Shown: positions 1 through 10,303 of the stretch, in pieces
Layout: every line of letters begins with the position of its first letter
Numbering within the stretch: position 1 is the stretch's first letter
Assembly (NCBI GenBank): GCA_010015805.1
Contig: ML978132.1
Location: forward strand, 124,001 to 188,000
Direction: 5' to 3'
Source: Rhizodiscina lignyota
Taxonomy: Eukaryota
Length of the DNA: 64,000 bases
Translations under genes and position numbers: made by a program
Notes under the pieces: generated by a model
The model's database searches: none
Told to the model about the DNA's origin: nothing
Seen by the model: only the letters and a program-made list of their open reading frames with translations

Positions 1-250
1 GGTACGAAATTGGGTTGTACAGCATGGGAGGACGATGGCGATGATTAGAGGCGAGATGTTTTCAGGAGGAGATGGAAAGGGCGGTGAGGGCGAGGGATTG
101 CCCAAGAAGATAGTATATGCCGTGGCAGAGCATCATAAGGTTCATCTTCCGACACGAGCGGAGCACCTCAGCGTGAGGCTGAAATGGGACGACGATATTG
201 AGGCGCAGGCTAGGGCCGAAGAAGAGCAGAAAACCAAAGCGAGAATATGA
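1..250 (+). CDS. 3' end of a probable hotdog-fold thioesterase (PaaI/ACOT13-like), truncated by the window edge
   Basis: The frame reads VRNWVVQHGRTMAMIRGEM...KIVYAVAEHHKVHLP and stops at 248-250. This resembles the C-terminal beta-strands of fungal thioesterase-superfamily proteins. Confidence 0.5.
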   Translation, partial: VRNWVVQHGRTMAMIRGEMFSGGDGKGGEGEGLPKKIVYAVAEHHKVHLPTRAEHLSVRLKWDDDIEAQARAEEEQKTKARI

Positions 251-370
251 CGGCATGATTCCAGTATGATACACCGTGGTGTATGGAATGACTTTTGAAC
301 TGTATGTACAAGAATTCGGATCGTGAAAGTCGTAGAATACAAATCGCTGAAGCGCTATTATGCATTAGTG

Positions 371-1722
371 TCACCGCAGCGCGCGATGCGCGATATCTTT
401 TCGATATTGCATCCCGTCGAAATGTATGCAATTCACTCCCTTGTACGCGGTCTGCACTGCATCTTCTAATGTCTCTCCACTCGCAGTCGAGGCAATCACT
501 CGTCCACCAGATGTCTTAAGCACACCACCGTCTAATGTCGTCCCCGCGTGGAACAAGACAACACCGTTTGGTACGGAGTCGAGCTTCATCTCGACTCCCT
601 TCTTGTACGAGCCAGGGTATCCGCCGGACGCAACAACTACTGTTGCAGCAAATTTTGAATCCACCTCGAGCTCGAAGGATTCCAACTTCTCGTCCATACA
701 CGCCTCAATGACCTTTGCGAGGTCACTTTTCATCAGAACAACCAGGCTTTGCGTTTCTGGGTCGCCGAATCGCACGTTGTATTCGAGTACTCGAGGGCCG
801 TTCTTGGTCATCATTAGACCCGTGAAGAGGCAGCCGACCATAGGATATCCTGATTACCGATATGTGAGCTATTAAACTCGGACAACGTGACGACGATCAT
901 ACCTTCTTCTCTCATGCCATCAATTGTCGGCTGCAGAACCGTCTTGTGTATCTGTTCCAACTCTGCGTCCGAGGCAGCCTTGGTTGGTGCGTACGTGCCC
1001 ATGCCGCCAGTGTTCGGACCAGTATCTCCGTCACCAATTCTCTTATGGTCTTGTGCCGGCGGTAAGCTCTTGATGCTCTTACCATCGCAGAAGCTTAGTA
1101 TGCTAATCTCCTCTCCCTCGAGGAACTCCTCAATCACTACCTCGTCTCCTGCAGCACCAAACTCCTTGTCCAGCATGATATCCTTGAGCGCATCATGCGC
1201 TTCCTGTTTATTTTGAGGTATTATCACGCCTTTGCCCGCAGCCAGTCCAGATGCTTTAATCACCACATCGTGGGACACGGAGTCGAGATACTCCTTAGCT
1301 TCCTCATATTTATTGAAATTTCTGTATTCCGCCGTAGGAATATTGAATCGTCTCATGAAGTCCTTCGCATATGCCTTGCTCCCCTCCATCATTGCTGCAG
1401 CTTGTGTTGGGCCAAAGCACCATGTCCCTCTTCCTCTTGTATGATCGTTAACATAGTCGACGATGCCGTCTACGAGAGGCTGCTCTGGGCCCGGAAGGAC
1501 GACATTGACATCGTTGTCTTTCGCAAATTTCACCAGTTGCTCGAAATACTTAGGCGACGTCTCTGATATACTCGATACATTGGTGACTTTGTCGAGCGAC
1601 GCGGTGCCGCCATTCCCTGGGACAGTGAAGATGTGCTCGACGAGGGGCGATTGGGATAGCTTCCAGGCAAGCGCATGCTCGCGGCCGCCGCCGCCAACGA
1701 GGAGGATGCGAAAGGAGCTCAT
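371..1722 (-). CDS. ADE5: Stand-alone phosphoribosylamine--glycine ligase (GAR synthetase, PurD/Ade5 domain only); 2 exons, intron 850-902
   Basis: Motifs LLVGGGGREHALAWKL, EGSKAYAKDFM, VIKASGLAAGKGV, QDHKRIGDGDTGPNTGGMG and EYNVRFGDPETQ. A 53-nt GTATGA...GCTCAC...CAG intron joins EEG|YPMVG in frame. The protein ends YRKDIAHRALR* with no AIRS domain. Confidence 0.95.
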
Positions 1723-2060
1723 GGCTGTGGTATGTCAGTCATGGTGAAGTTCAATTGAGATCAATGAGACGAGAAGAAGTTTGCGCGTCACGGAGCCCGA
1801 AAATTTCAGAGTGCCCCTCGTAGGGCTGAAATAGAGCTGGCGCGGGGCGAGCAAGGGTCACGAAAACGGTCGACCGCGAAAATCTGCTGCACCCGCGTGT
1901 CGCGAGACCACATGCACCGTCCTATAAGGTACATTCAATTCAACCAGGCTCCGTGACGATGAGTTTCAAGCAAACATTGGTGACGTTGTGGAGGCTCAAT
2001 CGCTCGTGAAGAAAACATAACGCTGATCGCCCGACCTTCGAAGAATCCCTTGAACAAGCT

Positions 2061-2106
2061 TGATGAGTCCTCCAAAAATAAGTATATAAAGCCGGTATGT
2101 GACTCT
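2061..2106. promoter_or_regulatory. Candidate elements in the divergent ADE5/THR1-AIRS promoter: TGAGTC (2064), TATATAAA (2083), TGACTC (2100)
   Basis: The motifs are seen directly. TGACTC is the core bound by Gcn4/CpcA and Bas1 in yeasts and fungi. Function here is unproven and such hexamers occur by chance. Confidence 0.3.
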
Positions 2107-2460
2107 CGACTCGAAATATTCGCAGCTCAAGGACTACAAAATGATGATAGTTCATCCCATCTTTCTTGATTGTCTCCGCCGAATCTTCCCTGGCAACTAA
2201 TTCAGCGAACAGACCCAGCCACCGCAATTTCAGAAGTGCAAGTACGACTGTACGATCTTCAACTCCCAATTGCAGCCCATCCAAATTCGAATTCCCCCTA
2301 CCACAAATCGTGCGATAGAAGGATTCTCTTCCCAGAGCAAACACTGGCGCCAGTACTGCCGCCTAATCACAGGTGGCCATTAAATCGTCCGTCTTCCCAC
2401 TGCGGTCCTTGGAACTCTCAGCACCACAGCCTCTTAGGCTCTACTCTTCCAATCGGCGCC

Positions 2461-4617
2461 ATGATCACCATCAAGGTGCCCTGTTCCTCGGCGAACATTG
2501 GACCTGGCTTTGACGTTATTGGCCTCGCACTGTCAATCTACCTCGAGCTGCGCATTACTGTAGACGAATCACGCACAGACTTTGACGCTCCTCTGAACTG
2601 TGAGATATCTTACGAGGGCCAAGGCGCGGAAGAAGTCAGTCGCGATGCCACGGTCAACCTCATCACTAGAGTAGCGCTTTATGTGCTCAAGTGTCATGGC
2701 CAGTCACAGTTCCCTCGAGGTACGCACCTCCACATCATCAATCCCATTCCACTAGGCCGCGGTTTGGGCTCTTCTGGTGCGGCTGTTGTGGGCGGCGTCA
2801 TGGTTGCTAATGAGATTGGCAAACTGGGCCTCTCGAAGGCACGCATGTTTGACTACTGCCTCATGATCGAGCGTCATCCGGACAACGTCGGCGCAGCTCT
2901 ATTCGGCGGCCTCGTCGGCACCTATTTGAACGAGCTTGAGCCTGAAGACACGCAACGCAAGGAAATCCCGCTGGCAGAGGTGCTACCACAGCCAGCTGGT
3001 GGCGAGGACACTGGTATACAGCCGCCAGAACCTCCACTCAACATCGGACATTACTTCCAATTTACATGGGCGAAGGAAATCAAATGTGTAGCAGTCATTC
3101 CCGACTTCGAAGTCCCTACCTCGAAAGCAAGAGAGGTCCTCCCAAAGCAATACTCCCGTGAAGATGTCATCTTCAACCTTCAACGCGTTGCACTGCTCAC
3201 GACAGCGCTAGGCCAGAGTCCCCCAAATTCTGACATGATCTACAAAGGCATGCAAGATAAAGTTCATCAGCCTTACCGAAAGGGTCTCATCCCTCGCCTT
3301 ACGGATATACTCAGCAGTGTCACGCCGGATAGCCACCCAGGGCTCCTTGGTATTTGCCTTTCGGGCGCGGGTCCAACCATACTGGCGCTTGCAACTCACA
3401 ACTTTGAACATATCGCAGAGCATCTACTGTCCGAGTTTGAGAAAGAGAACATCACCTGTGAATGGATGCTCCTGGAACCGGCATACGATGGCGCCACAGC
3501 CACACACTCTGCAGATCCAACACCTGCTACCTTCCAGCAGGAGCAGCAGCAGTCCATGACATACGCCGACGCCGGTGTCTCTATCGATCGCGGCAATGAG
3601 CTGGTCACCCGCATCAAGTCCGCCGTTCGCTCAACTGCGCGACCCGGCGCAGACGCTACCATTGGCGGGTTCGGCGGCGCCATCAACCTCGCCGCGGCAG
3701 GCTACAAAGAGGCGCCAATTCTCGTGCAAGCGATAGACGGCGTAGGCACGAAGCTGAAAATCGCGTTTGAGATGCAGAAGTACGACACCGTCGGCATCGA
3801 CCTGGTCGCCATGAATGTGAACGATCTCGTCGTGCAGGGCGCAGAGCCCATCAGCTTCCTGGATTACTTCGCGTGTAGCAAGCTCGACGTCGATGTCGCC
3901 GCGTCCTTTGTCGAAGGTGTAGCGAGGGGCTGCAAGATGGCGGACTGTGCGCTGGTGGGAGGCGAGACGGCGGAGATGCCGGGCATGTATGCAGATGGCG
4001 AGTTCGATGCTGCTGGTGAGGCGACTGGGTGCATTCGGCAGGGCGTAAAGGTATTGCCAGACGTGGAGTCGATGAGGGCGGGAGATGTGCTGCTGGGACT
4101 GGGAAGTAGTGGGTGCCATTCGAATGGTTTCTCGCTAGTGAGGAAAGTACTGGAGAGGGCGGGATTGAAGTTCACAGACCAGGCGCCTTGGCAAGAGAGT
4201 AAGACGGTAGGAGACGCTTTACTCGAGCCAACGAAGATATACGTCAAGCCGCTCCTAGCAATAACAAGGCGAGGGTTGGTTAAGGGGATGTCACACATCA
4301 CCGGAGGAGGACTGTACGACAACGTACCGAGAATGCTACCAAGTCATCTAGCAGCGGAGATGGAAATCGGAAGCTGGCCCGTTCCGCCAGTGCTGAAATG
4401 GTTGAAGAGGGCAGGAAAGGTGCGCTCGAAAGAGTTCGCGAGAGCATGGAATACAGGGCTGGGCATGGTCCTGGTGGTTGACAAGCACAGGGCCGAGACG
4501 GCAAAGGATATTCTGGAAGAGTGGGGAGAGAAAGTGTATGAAGTTGGGAAGCTCGTTAAGAGGGAGCAGGACGGCTGTGTCTTGCTGCAATTGGATGAGT
4601 GGGATGAGTGGGACTGA
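2461..4617 (+). CDS. THR1-ADE7: Fusion protein: homoserine kinase (GHMP family, ~2461-3500) plus AIR synthetase (PurM/Ade7, ~3556-4617); 718 aa, no intron needed
   Basis: The N-half has IKVPCSSANIGPGFD, PIPLGRGLGSSGAA, ERHPDNVGAAL and LSGAGPT. The C-half has MTYADAGVSIDRGN, DGVGTKLKIA, DLVAMNVNDLVVQGAEP, LVGGETAEMPGMY, SSGCHSNGFSLVRK and SHITGGGL. It is one continuous ORF with a Q-rich linker. Confidence 0.93.
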   Translation: MITIKVPCSSANIGPGFDVIGLALSIYLELRITVDESRTDFDAPLNCEISYEGQGAEEVSRDATVNLITRVALYVLKCHGQSQFPRGTHLHIINPIPLGRGLGSSGAAVVGGVMVANEIGKLGLSKARMFDYCLMIERHPDNVGAALFGGLVGTYLNELEPEDTQRKEIPLAEVLPQPAGGEDTGIQPPEPPLNIGHYFQFTWAKEIKCVAVIPDFEVPTSKAREVLPKQYSREDVIFNLQRVALLTTALGQSPPNSDMIYKGMQDKVHQPYRKGLIPRLTDILSSVTPDSHPGLLGICLSGAGPTILALATHNFEHIAEHLLSEFEKENITCEWMLLEPAYDGATATHSADPTPATFQQEQQQSMTYADAGVSIDRGNELVTRIKSAVRSTARPGADATIGGFGGAINLAAAGYKEAPILVQAIDGVGTKLKIAFEMQKYDTVGIDLVAMNVNDLVVQGAEPISFLDYFACSKLDVDVAASFVEGVARGCKMADCALVGGETAEMPGMYADGEFDAAGEATGCIRQGVKVLPDVESMRAGDVLLGLGSSGCHSNGFSLVRKVLERAGLKFTDQAPWQESKTVGDALLEPTKIYVKPLLAITRRGLVKGMSHITGGGLYDNVPRMLPSHLAAEMEIGSWPVPPVLKWLKRAGKVRSKEFARAWNTGLGMVLVVDKHRAETAKDILEEWGEKVYEVGKLVKREQDGCVLLQLDEWDEWD

Positions 4618-4813
4618 GATCGTCTTCTGATGTCAGAGCTGCGTATTTGGTAGTTTGAGGCGCTTTTCGAATTCGTGAGTGGTTGGGTAGGAGCCTGAAA
4701 TGACTCCAAGATAGCTATACATAGACATGGCGGAAGCAAAACCAAGGTTCTAATGGATATGGGACTCCCACATGCGCCGGCTCCATGCACTTCTGTATAG
4801 GGTATTCGTCCCG

Positions 4814-5271
4814 TTAAGCCGCTGGTTGCCCAGGCCGTCTCTTTGTAAACCGTTTCGACTCTGCATGATCGTTAGCTTGCGCCCATCCCCCTATCATACA
4901 ATGTGTAGAGCGCGAGGAAGCACTCACCCGCTTTAGTCTTCTTCTTCTTTGGCGCGCCCTTCCCTCTCAGCTTCATCTGCCTTATCTTGTCCACTCTCTC
5001 CTCCTCCGCCTCGTCCTCAATCTCGAAGGCCGGGTACTTCGCTCTAAATTGCTTTATCGTGCCAATGCGACGCGGATAGTAGGCTGCCATTGAGGGACCG
5101 CGCAGGCGCTGTCGTAAGACTTTGTTGCCGAGGCGTAGACCCTCAGGGTTGAAGGTTGTGTTGAAGATGCGGCATCGCACCTAGTAGTGGTGAGAAGAGT
5201 GAGAGAACAGAGGGGAATTACCGGGGGAGTACCTTCATGAGTTGTAATATTCGTGATCGAGGGACGGCCAT
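4814..5271 (-). CDS. RSM27: Mitochondrial small-subunit ribosomal protein mS33 (Rsm27); 3 exons, introns 5181-5232 and 4861-4927
   Basis: Spliced product MAVPRSRILQLMK|VRCRIFNTTFNPEGLRLGNKVLRQRLRGPSMAAYYP...RGKGAPKKKKTKA|ESKRF, with canonical GT-AG introns. Confidence 0.88.
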
Positions 5272-5551
5272 TGCGGCTTGAATTGGTGCTCGAGATAGAG
5301 ATACAATGGCGCTGCGGAAAACGGAGGTGCTTTCGTGGAGGCACTGAGGTTAGACGCGGCTCTGCGGGAACAAGCGAGGGACCAGGCTCCCACGCGGGCA
5401 CGTGCCCCATGTTTATTCTCCACTCTTAAATATGCCTGCCTCTCCCTCGTGAGTTCTTCCTCTCTCAGTCACATTACACGACTCTCGGCCAACGCACTCT
5501 GTAAGGTACCCCCTTCAAACCTGCCGAGCTGGGCCAGCAGTTTTATGCAAA

Positions 5552-6646
5552 ATGGGGAAAAAACGCAGACACAGCCAACTACCTGACCATCATGACAGTC
5601 CTTCAGAGTCGATAACTCCAAGCTCTAAAAAGCGCAAACCAATCAACGAGCGGGAGAAGCCTTATGAAGAGGCCATCTCAAAGTCGGAGCTGAACATCGA
5701 ATTCCCGGAGCAATCGTTCCTTGGAGGCGGGAGCGACTACGTTAAATTCCCTCCCTTCTCGCACTCCAAACCCCTCAACGAGTACGTCATGGACGACGCG
5801 GACGAGCAGCCTGACTTGCCGGAGATCTGGAACAAAGAGCTTGCCAAAAAAGTTTTCACGCACAAGGCGATGCGCACTGGGGAGGCCCAGACCACTGGCG
5901 ATGAGTCTATGACCTACGAGACGCTGGAGTGGCTTGGAGACCGCTATATTGAGCTAATCGCCGTGCGTCTGATTGCTCTGCGCTTCCAGCACTTGACCGC
6001 GCACAAAAAGTCCCAAATGAAGGAAGGCTTAGTGAACAACGTGCAGCTTGCAAAATACTCGAGGGCCTATCACTTGCCGGAGAAGGTCAAACATCTGTAC
6101 TACGTCGACAACGAAAAAGTCCGGATGAAGATGGAGGCGGATATTTTCGAAGCGTACGTGGCTGCTGTCATCGAAAGCGATCCGGATCATGGCTACTCCA
6201 TCGCCACTAAGTGGCTGACTGCCTTATGGGCTCCGAAGGTGCTAAGCCTGGGCCACGCGGAGAAACGTATCCTCAACATAGATGAGGCGAAGGCAAGGCT
6301 GAACAAGTATCTCATGCACTCGAGTGCTGGCATCACTATCGACTATGTCGAGTACCGGAAGCCAAAGCCCATCAACAACCAGCGCTACTACTACACCTTC
6401 TTTAGGGCGTTAACAGTGACTGGCTGGGGCCAGGATGGAACGGTGCTGGGACGGGGCTCGGGCAGCAGCGCAAAAGAGGCAGAATGTAGGGCTATCATGA
6501 ACGCGTTCGACGAGAGCATGCCGCTTCTTGAAGAGATGTATGAGAAGAAGCTGGAGTTCACTGAAAAGAGGAAGAAGGCGAAGGAAGCACAAGCGAAGGA
6601 AGACGAGGCGAAGAAAGACGAGGCGAAGCTTAATGCCGACACTTGA
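5552..6646 (+). CDS. Single-domain ribonuclease III (Pac1/Rnt1-like) with a degenerate C-terminal dsRBD
   Basis: RNase III signature YETLEWLGD and second acidic motif ADIFEAYVAA, followed by dsRBD-like LGRGSGSSAKEAECRA. The N-terminus is basic (NLS-like). Confidence 0.85.
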   Translation: MGKKRRHSQLPDHHDSPSESITPSSKKRKPINEREKPYEEAISKSELNIEFPEQSFLGGGSDYVKFPPFSHSKPLNEYVMDDADEQPDLPEIWNKELAKKVFTHKAMRTGEAQTTGDESMTYETLEWLGDRYIELIAVRLIALRFQHLTAHKKSQMKEGLVNNVQLAKYSRAYHLPEKVKHLYYVDNEKVRMKMEADIFEAYVAAVIESDPDHGYSIATKWLTALWAPKVLSLGHAEKRILNIDEAKARLNKYLMHSSAGITIDYVEYRKPKPINNQRYYYTFFRALTVTGWGQDGTVLGRGSGSSAKEAECRAIMNAFDESMPLLEEMYEKKLEFTEKRKKAKEAQAKEDEAKKDEAKLNADT

Positions 6647-6726
6647 TGGATTCCGTTGGTGGCAAGCAAGCTATTCAGCTAGATGACGTTGGTGACTAAT
6701 GGACGTCTGCGTGTTGCAAAGGGCGA

Positions 6727-6857
6727 GATTCACGAGGTCAAGGTCAAGATTCACGAGGTCAAGGTCAAAAATTCACGAAGGTCAAAATTCACGAGGTCGA
6801 GGTCAAAAATTCACGAAGTCAAGGTCAAGGTTAACGAGGTTAAGGCCAAGGTCAAGG
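6727..6857. repeat. Degenerate ~21-23 bp minisatellite (unit ~ATTCACGAGGTCAAGGTCAA), about 6 copies, built on AGGTCA sub-repeats
   Basis: Seen directly between the convergent RNase III and PhyH genes. Confidence 0.85.
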
Positions 6858-6911
6858 ATGTACATTACACAATCAAGAAGCTAGATGGCTCACCTTGCTC
6901 TCCGCTTGCAA

Positions 6912-7781
6912 TCAGTCTTCGTGAGCATACCCAACATCCCCATTCGCCTCCTGTCCCATCTCGTATAATCGAGCTCTCATCCCCTCAGCCCTGGTCCTCA
7001 TGTTCCCTGGCAACAGCTCGAAGTTGCATTTCTCCACCCACTCGCCCACGCCATGCTGCAGCACGTTCCTTGCGCGCATCCTGCTTCCCTTCACGTGCCC
7101 AATGCTGCCATGCAGCGTCATCCGCTGCCAGTGCGAGTCGTATACGCCGCGGTGCAGGATGTTGTTATTGTAGAATACCAAGTCGCCCGCCTTCATTTCC
7201 ACGACTTTCTGGCCAGGCATGTTCTTGTCGAGCGGATCGGCGTTCCTCTCTTCGTCGGTCCTCGCGCGCTGATGAGTCCCCGGAACGACAACTAGCGAGT
7301 GGTCATCGTACAGCGCGAGGTTCCATTGGGCATGCCAAGCCGGTTCTTGTAGTCGCTTCATCTCTTCTTCGGCCGTTGCGTCCGCTGCAATGTCATCTCT
7401 GTGCCAGCGGAGCTCAAAGTCGCTGTCGGGTCGTACGAGTACGTTGTACAGTTCCATGATCAAGTCATCCTCTTTTGCATCGAGTAGCTCTTTCACCGGG
7501 TTGATGATGAAGTCTGCAAAGTACGACAGCGCAAATATATCGCTGTCTGGGAGCTCAGGATTGAGCAGGTGCTGTACGCCCCAGATTCCATTCGATGGGT
7601 CTGACCCCCACGGCGGGAACTGCTTCGGTAGCGTCCGTATGTATGGCCATTTTCCTGAGCGAGCTAGTGTGACAGTACGCTCTGCTGCAGCTCGGAGAAC
7701 AATGAGTTCGGGATCTGTGAGGGCGGACGGAATGAGGACGTAGCCGTCTTTCTGCAGCGATTTGACGAGATCTTTTGTCAT
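6912..7781 (-). CDS. Phytanoyl-CoA dioxygenase (PhyH) family Fe(II)/2-oxoglutarate dioxygenase
   Basis: LQKDGYVLIP start, HxD motif WHRDD, LVVVPGTH and MKAGDLVFYNNNILHRG (distal His). First ATG is at 7781. Confidence 0.82.
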   Translation of the reverse strand: MTKDLVKSLQKDGYVLIPSALTDPELIVLRAAAERTVTLARSGKWPYIRTLPKQFPPWGSDPSNGIWGVQHLLNPELPDSDIFALSYFADFIINPVKELLDAKEDDLIMELYNVLVRPDSDFELRWHRDDIAADATAEEEMKRLQEPAWHAQWNLALYDDHSLVVVPGTHQRARTDEERNADPLDKNMPGQKVVEMKAGDLVFYNNNILHRGVYDSHWQRMTLHGSIGHVKGSRMRARNVLQHGVGEWVEKCNFELLPGNMRTRAEGMRARLYEMGQEANGDVGYAHED

Positions 7782-8494
7782 GTTTGGAATATCGATTGAG
7801 GAATCGAAAGACAAATGGAAGAATGAGCTCCGCGAAGAACTTTCCACGGACTACCTAGGATATTCTGAAAGAAGTCGCGACCTCGTCTAGTTGCTGTCAC
7901 GCGCACTCGCTGGGAGCTTCGAGGTCGTCGGGTGGAGTTCAGTTTTATATTGAGGCGACAATTCTCGTGACTATAAAGCTTGAAGAGTTCAGGTTTAGGT
8001 TGAAATGTTCCGTGACTTTATATCAGACACCAATGAGAGTCTTGAGGAGGTTCGATTAAGTTTGAGTATGAAGTAGAAGCATCCAACATGGTCCCACTGT
8101 ACATTCCTGGCATACGCCACAGCGTTGATGAGATGCCCCCGCATTGCGGATCGCGGCGGGCTTAGTCACTTTTAATTCTGTTACCTTTTCGAACTGTATC
8201 GTATTTCTCTTTCTGATTGATGGATCTTAATTTTAAGCATATATTTTGAGTGAGCTAGGCGAAATTTTGCATGCTGCTTCAACGTAGCCGAGACGTCCGA
8301 GACCGCTTTGGGAAGGAGTGTGGGACGTCTATTTGCTCTAACATAAAACATTTGTAGCACAGAGGTATTGTCGTATTGTACAACAAAATCCACGAGATCT
8401 AAGGGGTGCACATATCTCTCTTTGTCATTTGTCGAGGCGCTGGAATCAAGAGCCGCAGCTCTGTTGTCGGCCGAGTCTGTTTTGAAGCCCCAGT

Positions 8495-10303
8495 TCAGGA
8501 CTGATCCGAAACATCCTCAGATCTCTCGATATTCGGTTTGTCGCCATGGGCATCCTTTTCAACATCTCCTGCCGTCTGCAGCGGCTCTCGTTTAGCCTCG
8601 ATACTCCCGATACGGCCATCCTCAGTGACATTCATAGCATCATGCTCGATTCTCTTCTTTTCCTCTTCGCTAATTCCATACCAATGCGCCGCGATGTGCT
8701 TATCGCCAAAGAGCTCACCAATCTCCTCAAGGGTGCGGCCTTTGGTCTCTGGGAAGAGGAAGTAAATGATCGGCAGATAGACGACCGTTGGACAGATGAG
8801 GACGAGGTAGACTGTAGCGTGTTAGCATCAACTCACCCTCGATATGGGGAGACATTTACTCACATTTCCAGCCAATATCGTTCAGAGCTATTGGAGCCGC
8901 AACCAGAGTAACTTCGCTCGCCAAGAAGAACGTTGCCAAGCCCAATGCTGTCCCTTGCGCGCGTAGATGATTCGGCCAAATTTCCGATACATAGACAAAT
9001 TGCGTAGCATCCATGAGGAAGCACCAGAAGAAGATGAAGAACCAGACGAAAAAGACTGCCGCATTCAAGCCAGCCTTGTTATCTGTTCCCAGGAATTGAG
9101 CAGTCAATGCCGCCTCAAAGATCAGACACATGAGACAGCCAGAGGTCCCAATCAGAAGGAATGGACGGCGTCCGAATTTGTCCACGAAAAAAGCGGTCCA
9201 CGTATTGCCGATGATGGTAAAAGTAGTCCAGCAAGCATTTAGAAGGAGGGGGGTGTATCCCGTGAGGCCAAGAGACCCGTAGATGAGCACTCCGTAATTT
9301 GCTAGCACGTAGACACCCTCCATTTGGTCGAAGAACATCAGAAGCACCGAGACAAGAGCACGACGTCGATTGGCTTTCGTGCGGAAGATCTCAAACCGCC
9401 GGTTCAACATCAACTTCTTGTCCGCCTCGTGCTGAAGCTCCATCAAATAGTACTCTTCTTTGGCATGAATATGATTCGGGTCGTCCTTTCGACCATGAAG
9501 ACGTTGGATAATCTGGTAAGCTTCTTCTCGGCGATCTTGACTAAGAAGCCAACGCGGTGAATATGGGATGAACCTGCTGCCAGCCAGCACTATGAGAGGC
9601 GGAACGCATTGAAAAGCCAAGGGGAAGCGCCTGCAGTCGTTAGCTGCCACGTTAGATGATCAATGTCAAACAATGGGTCTCCTACCAAGCGGCTGAAGCA
9701 TGTGGCGAGTCGCCAGGGATATGAGCGCATCCATAACCAATCCACCCAGCGAAACTGTAACCGTAGGCCCACATAATACCGGTAACACACATCATCGCGC
9801 CTCTTGTGTCAGCTGTTGCAACTTCCCCTTGATACATAGGCACAACCATTGCGAGAATACCGGATCCGATGCCTGCGATTACGCGACCAATGGCAAACAT
9901 GGAAATGGCCACAGAACCGGCGTTGAGGGCGCCTCCAATCACGAGAAATACACATCCGATTTGGATGGTATGTTTACGGCTGTATTTGTCTGATGACCAG
10001 GCGGCTATGATGCATCCAACGAACGCGCCTCCGCTGTTTGCGCCATTGAGGCCTCCGAGTATGTTCGTTGTATGCTCATAACCAGGCTCGCCTTGCTGGG
10101 CAAGGTTGAAATAGGCATAGACTGTCGAAGTCAGAATCTAACATTACATTCTCTGCTCAGGAGGACGTACAGTTTGGTTGCCCAGATGTCGAACCAATGA
10201 TAGCTAGACCATAGGCAGTAGCTAGTGTCCCCAGAGCCACAAAAATGACGAGAAGCAAATTGAAAGTGTTGATATGAAAGTTTTCACTACCAAACATCCG
10301 CAT
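8495..10303 (-). CDS. MFS sugar-porter family transporter; about 4 exons
   Basis: Motifs GRVIAGIGSG, VPMYQGEVATADTRG, PYSPRWL, VDKFGRRPFLL and VSEIWPNHLRAQG. Introns lie near 10122-10172, 9630-9685 and 8812-8862; the stop is at 8495-8497. Confidence 0.85.

Noticed and set aside
2170..2460. 97-aa N-terminal extension of the THR1-AIRS ORF from a TTG start
   Set aside because: Homoserine kinase similarity begins at ATG 2461 (GGCGCCATG context). TTG starts are unlikely in a fungus, so this is probably 5' UTR.
5552..6646. Possible Dicer or RNAi gene
   Set aside because: Only one RNase III domain and no helicase or PAZ domain; it fits a Pac1/Rnt1-type enzyme.
6683..7459. 258-aa plus-strand ORF with IHEVKVK repeats
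   Set aside because: It is a translation of the minisatellite followed by the antisense of the PhyH gene.
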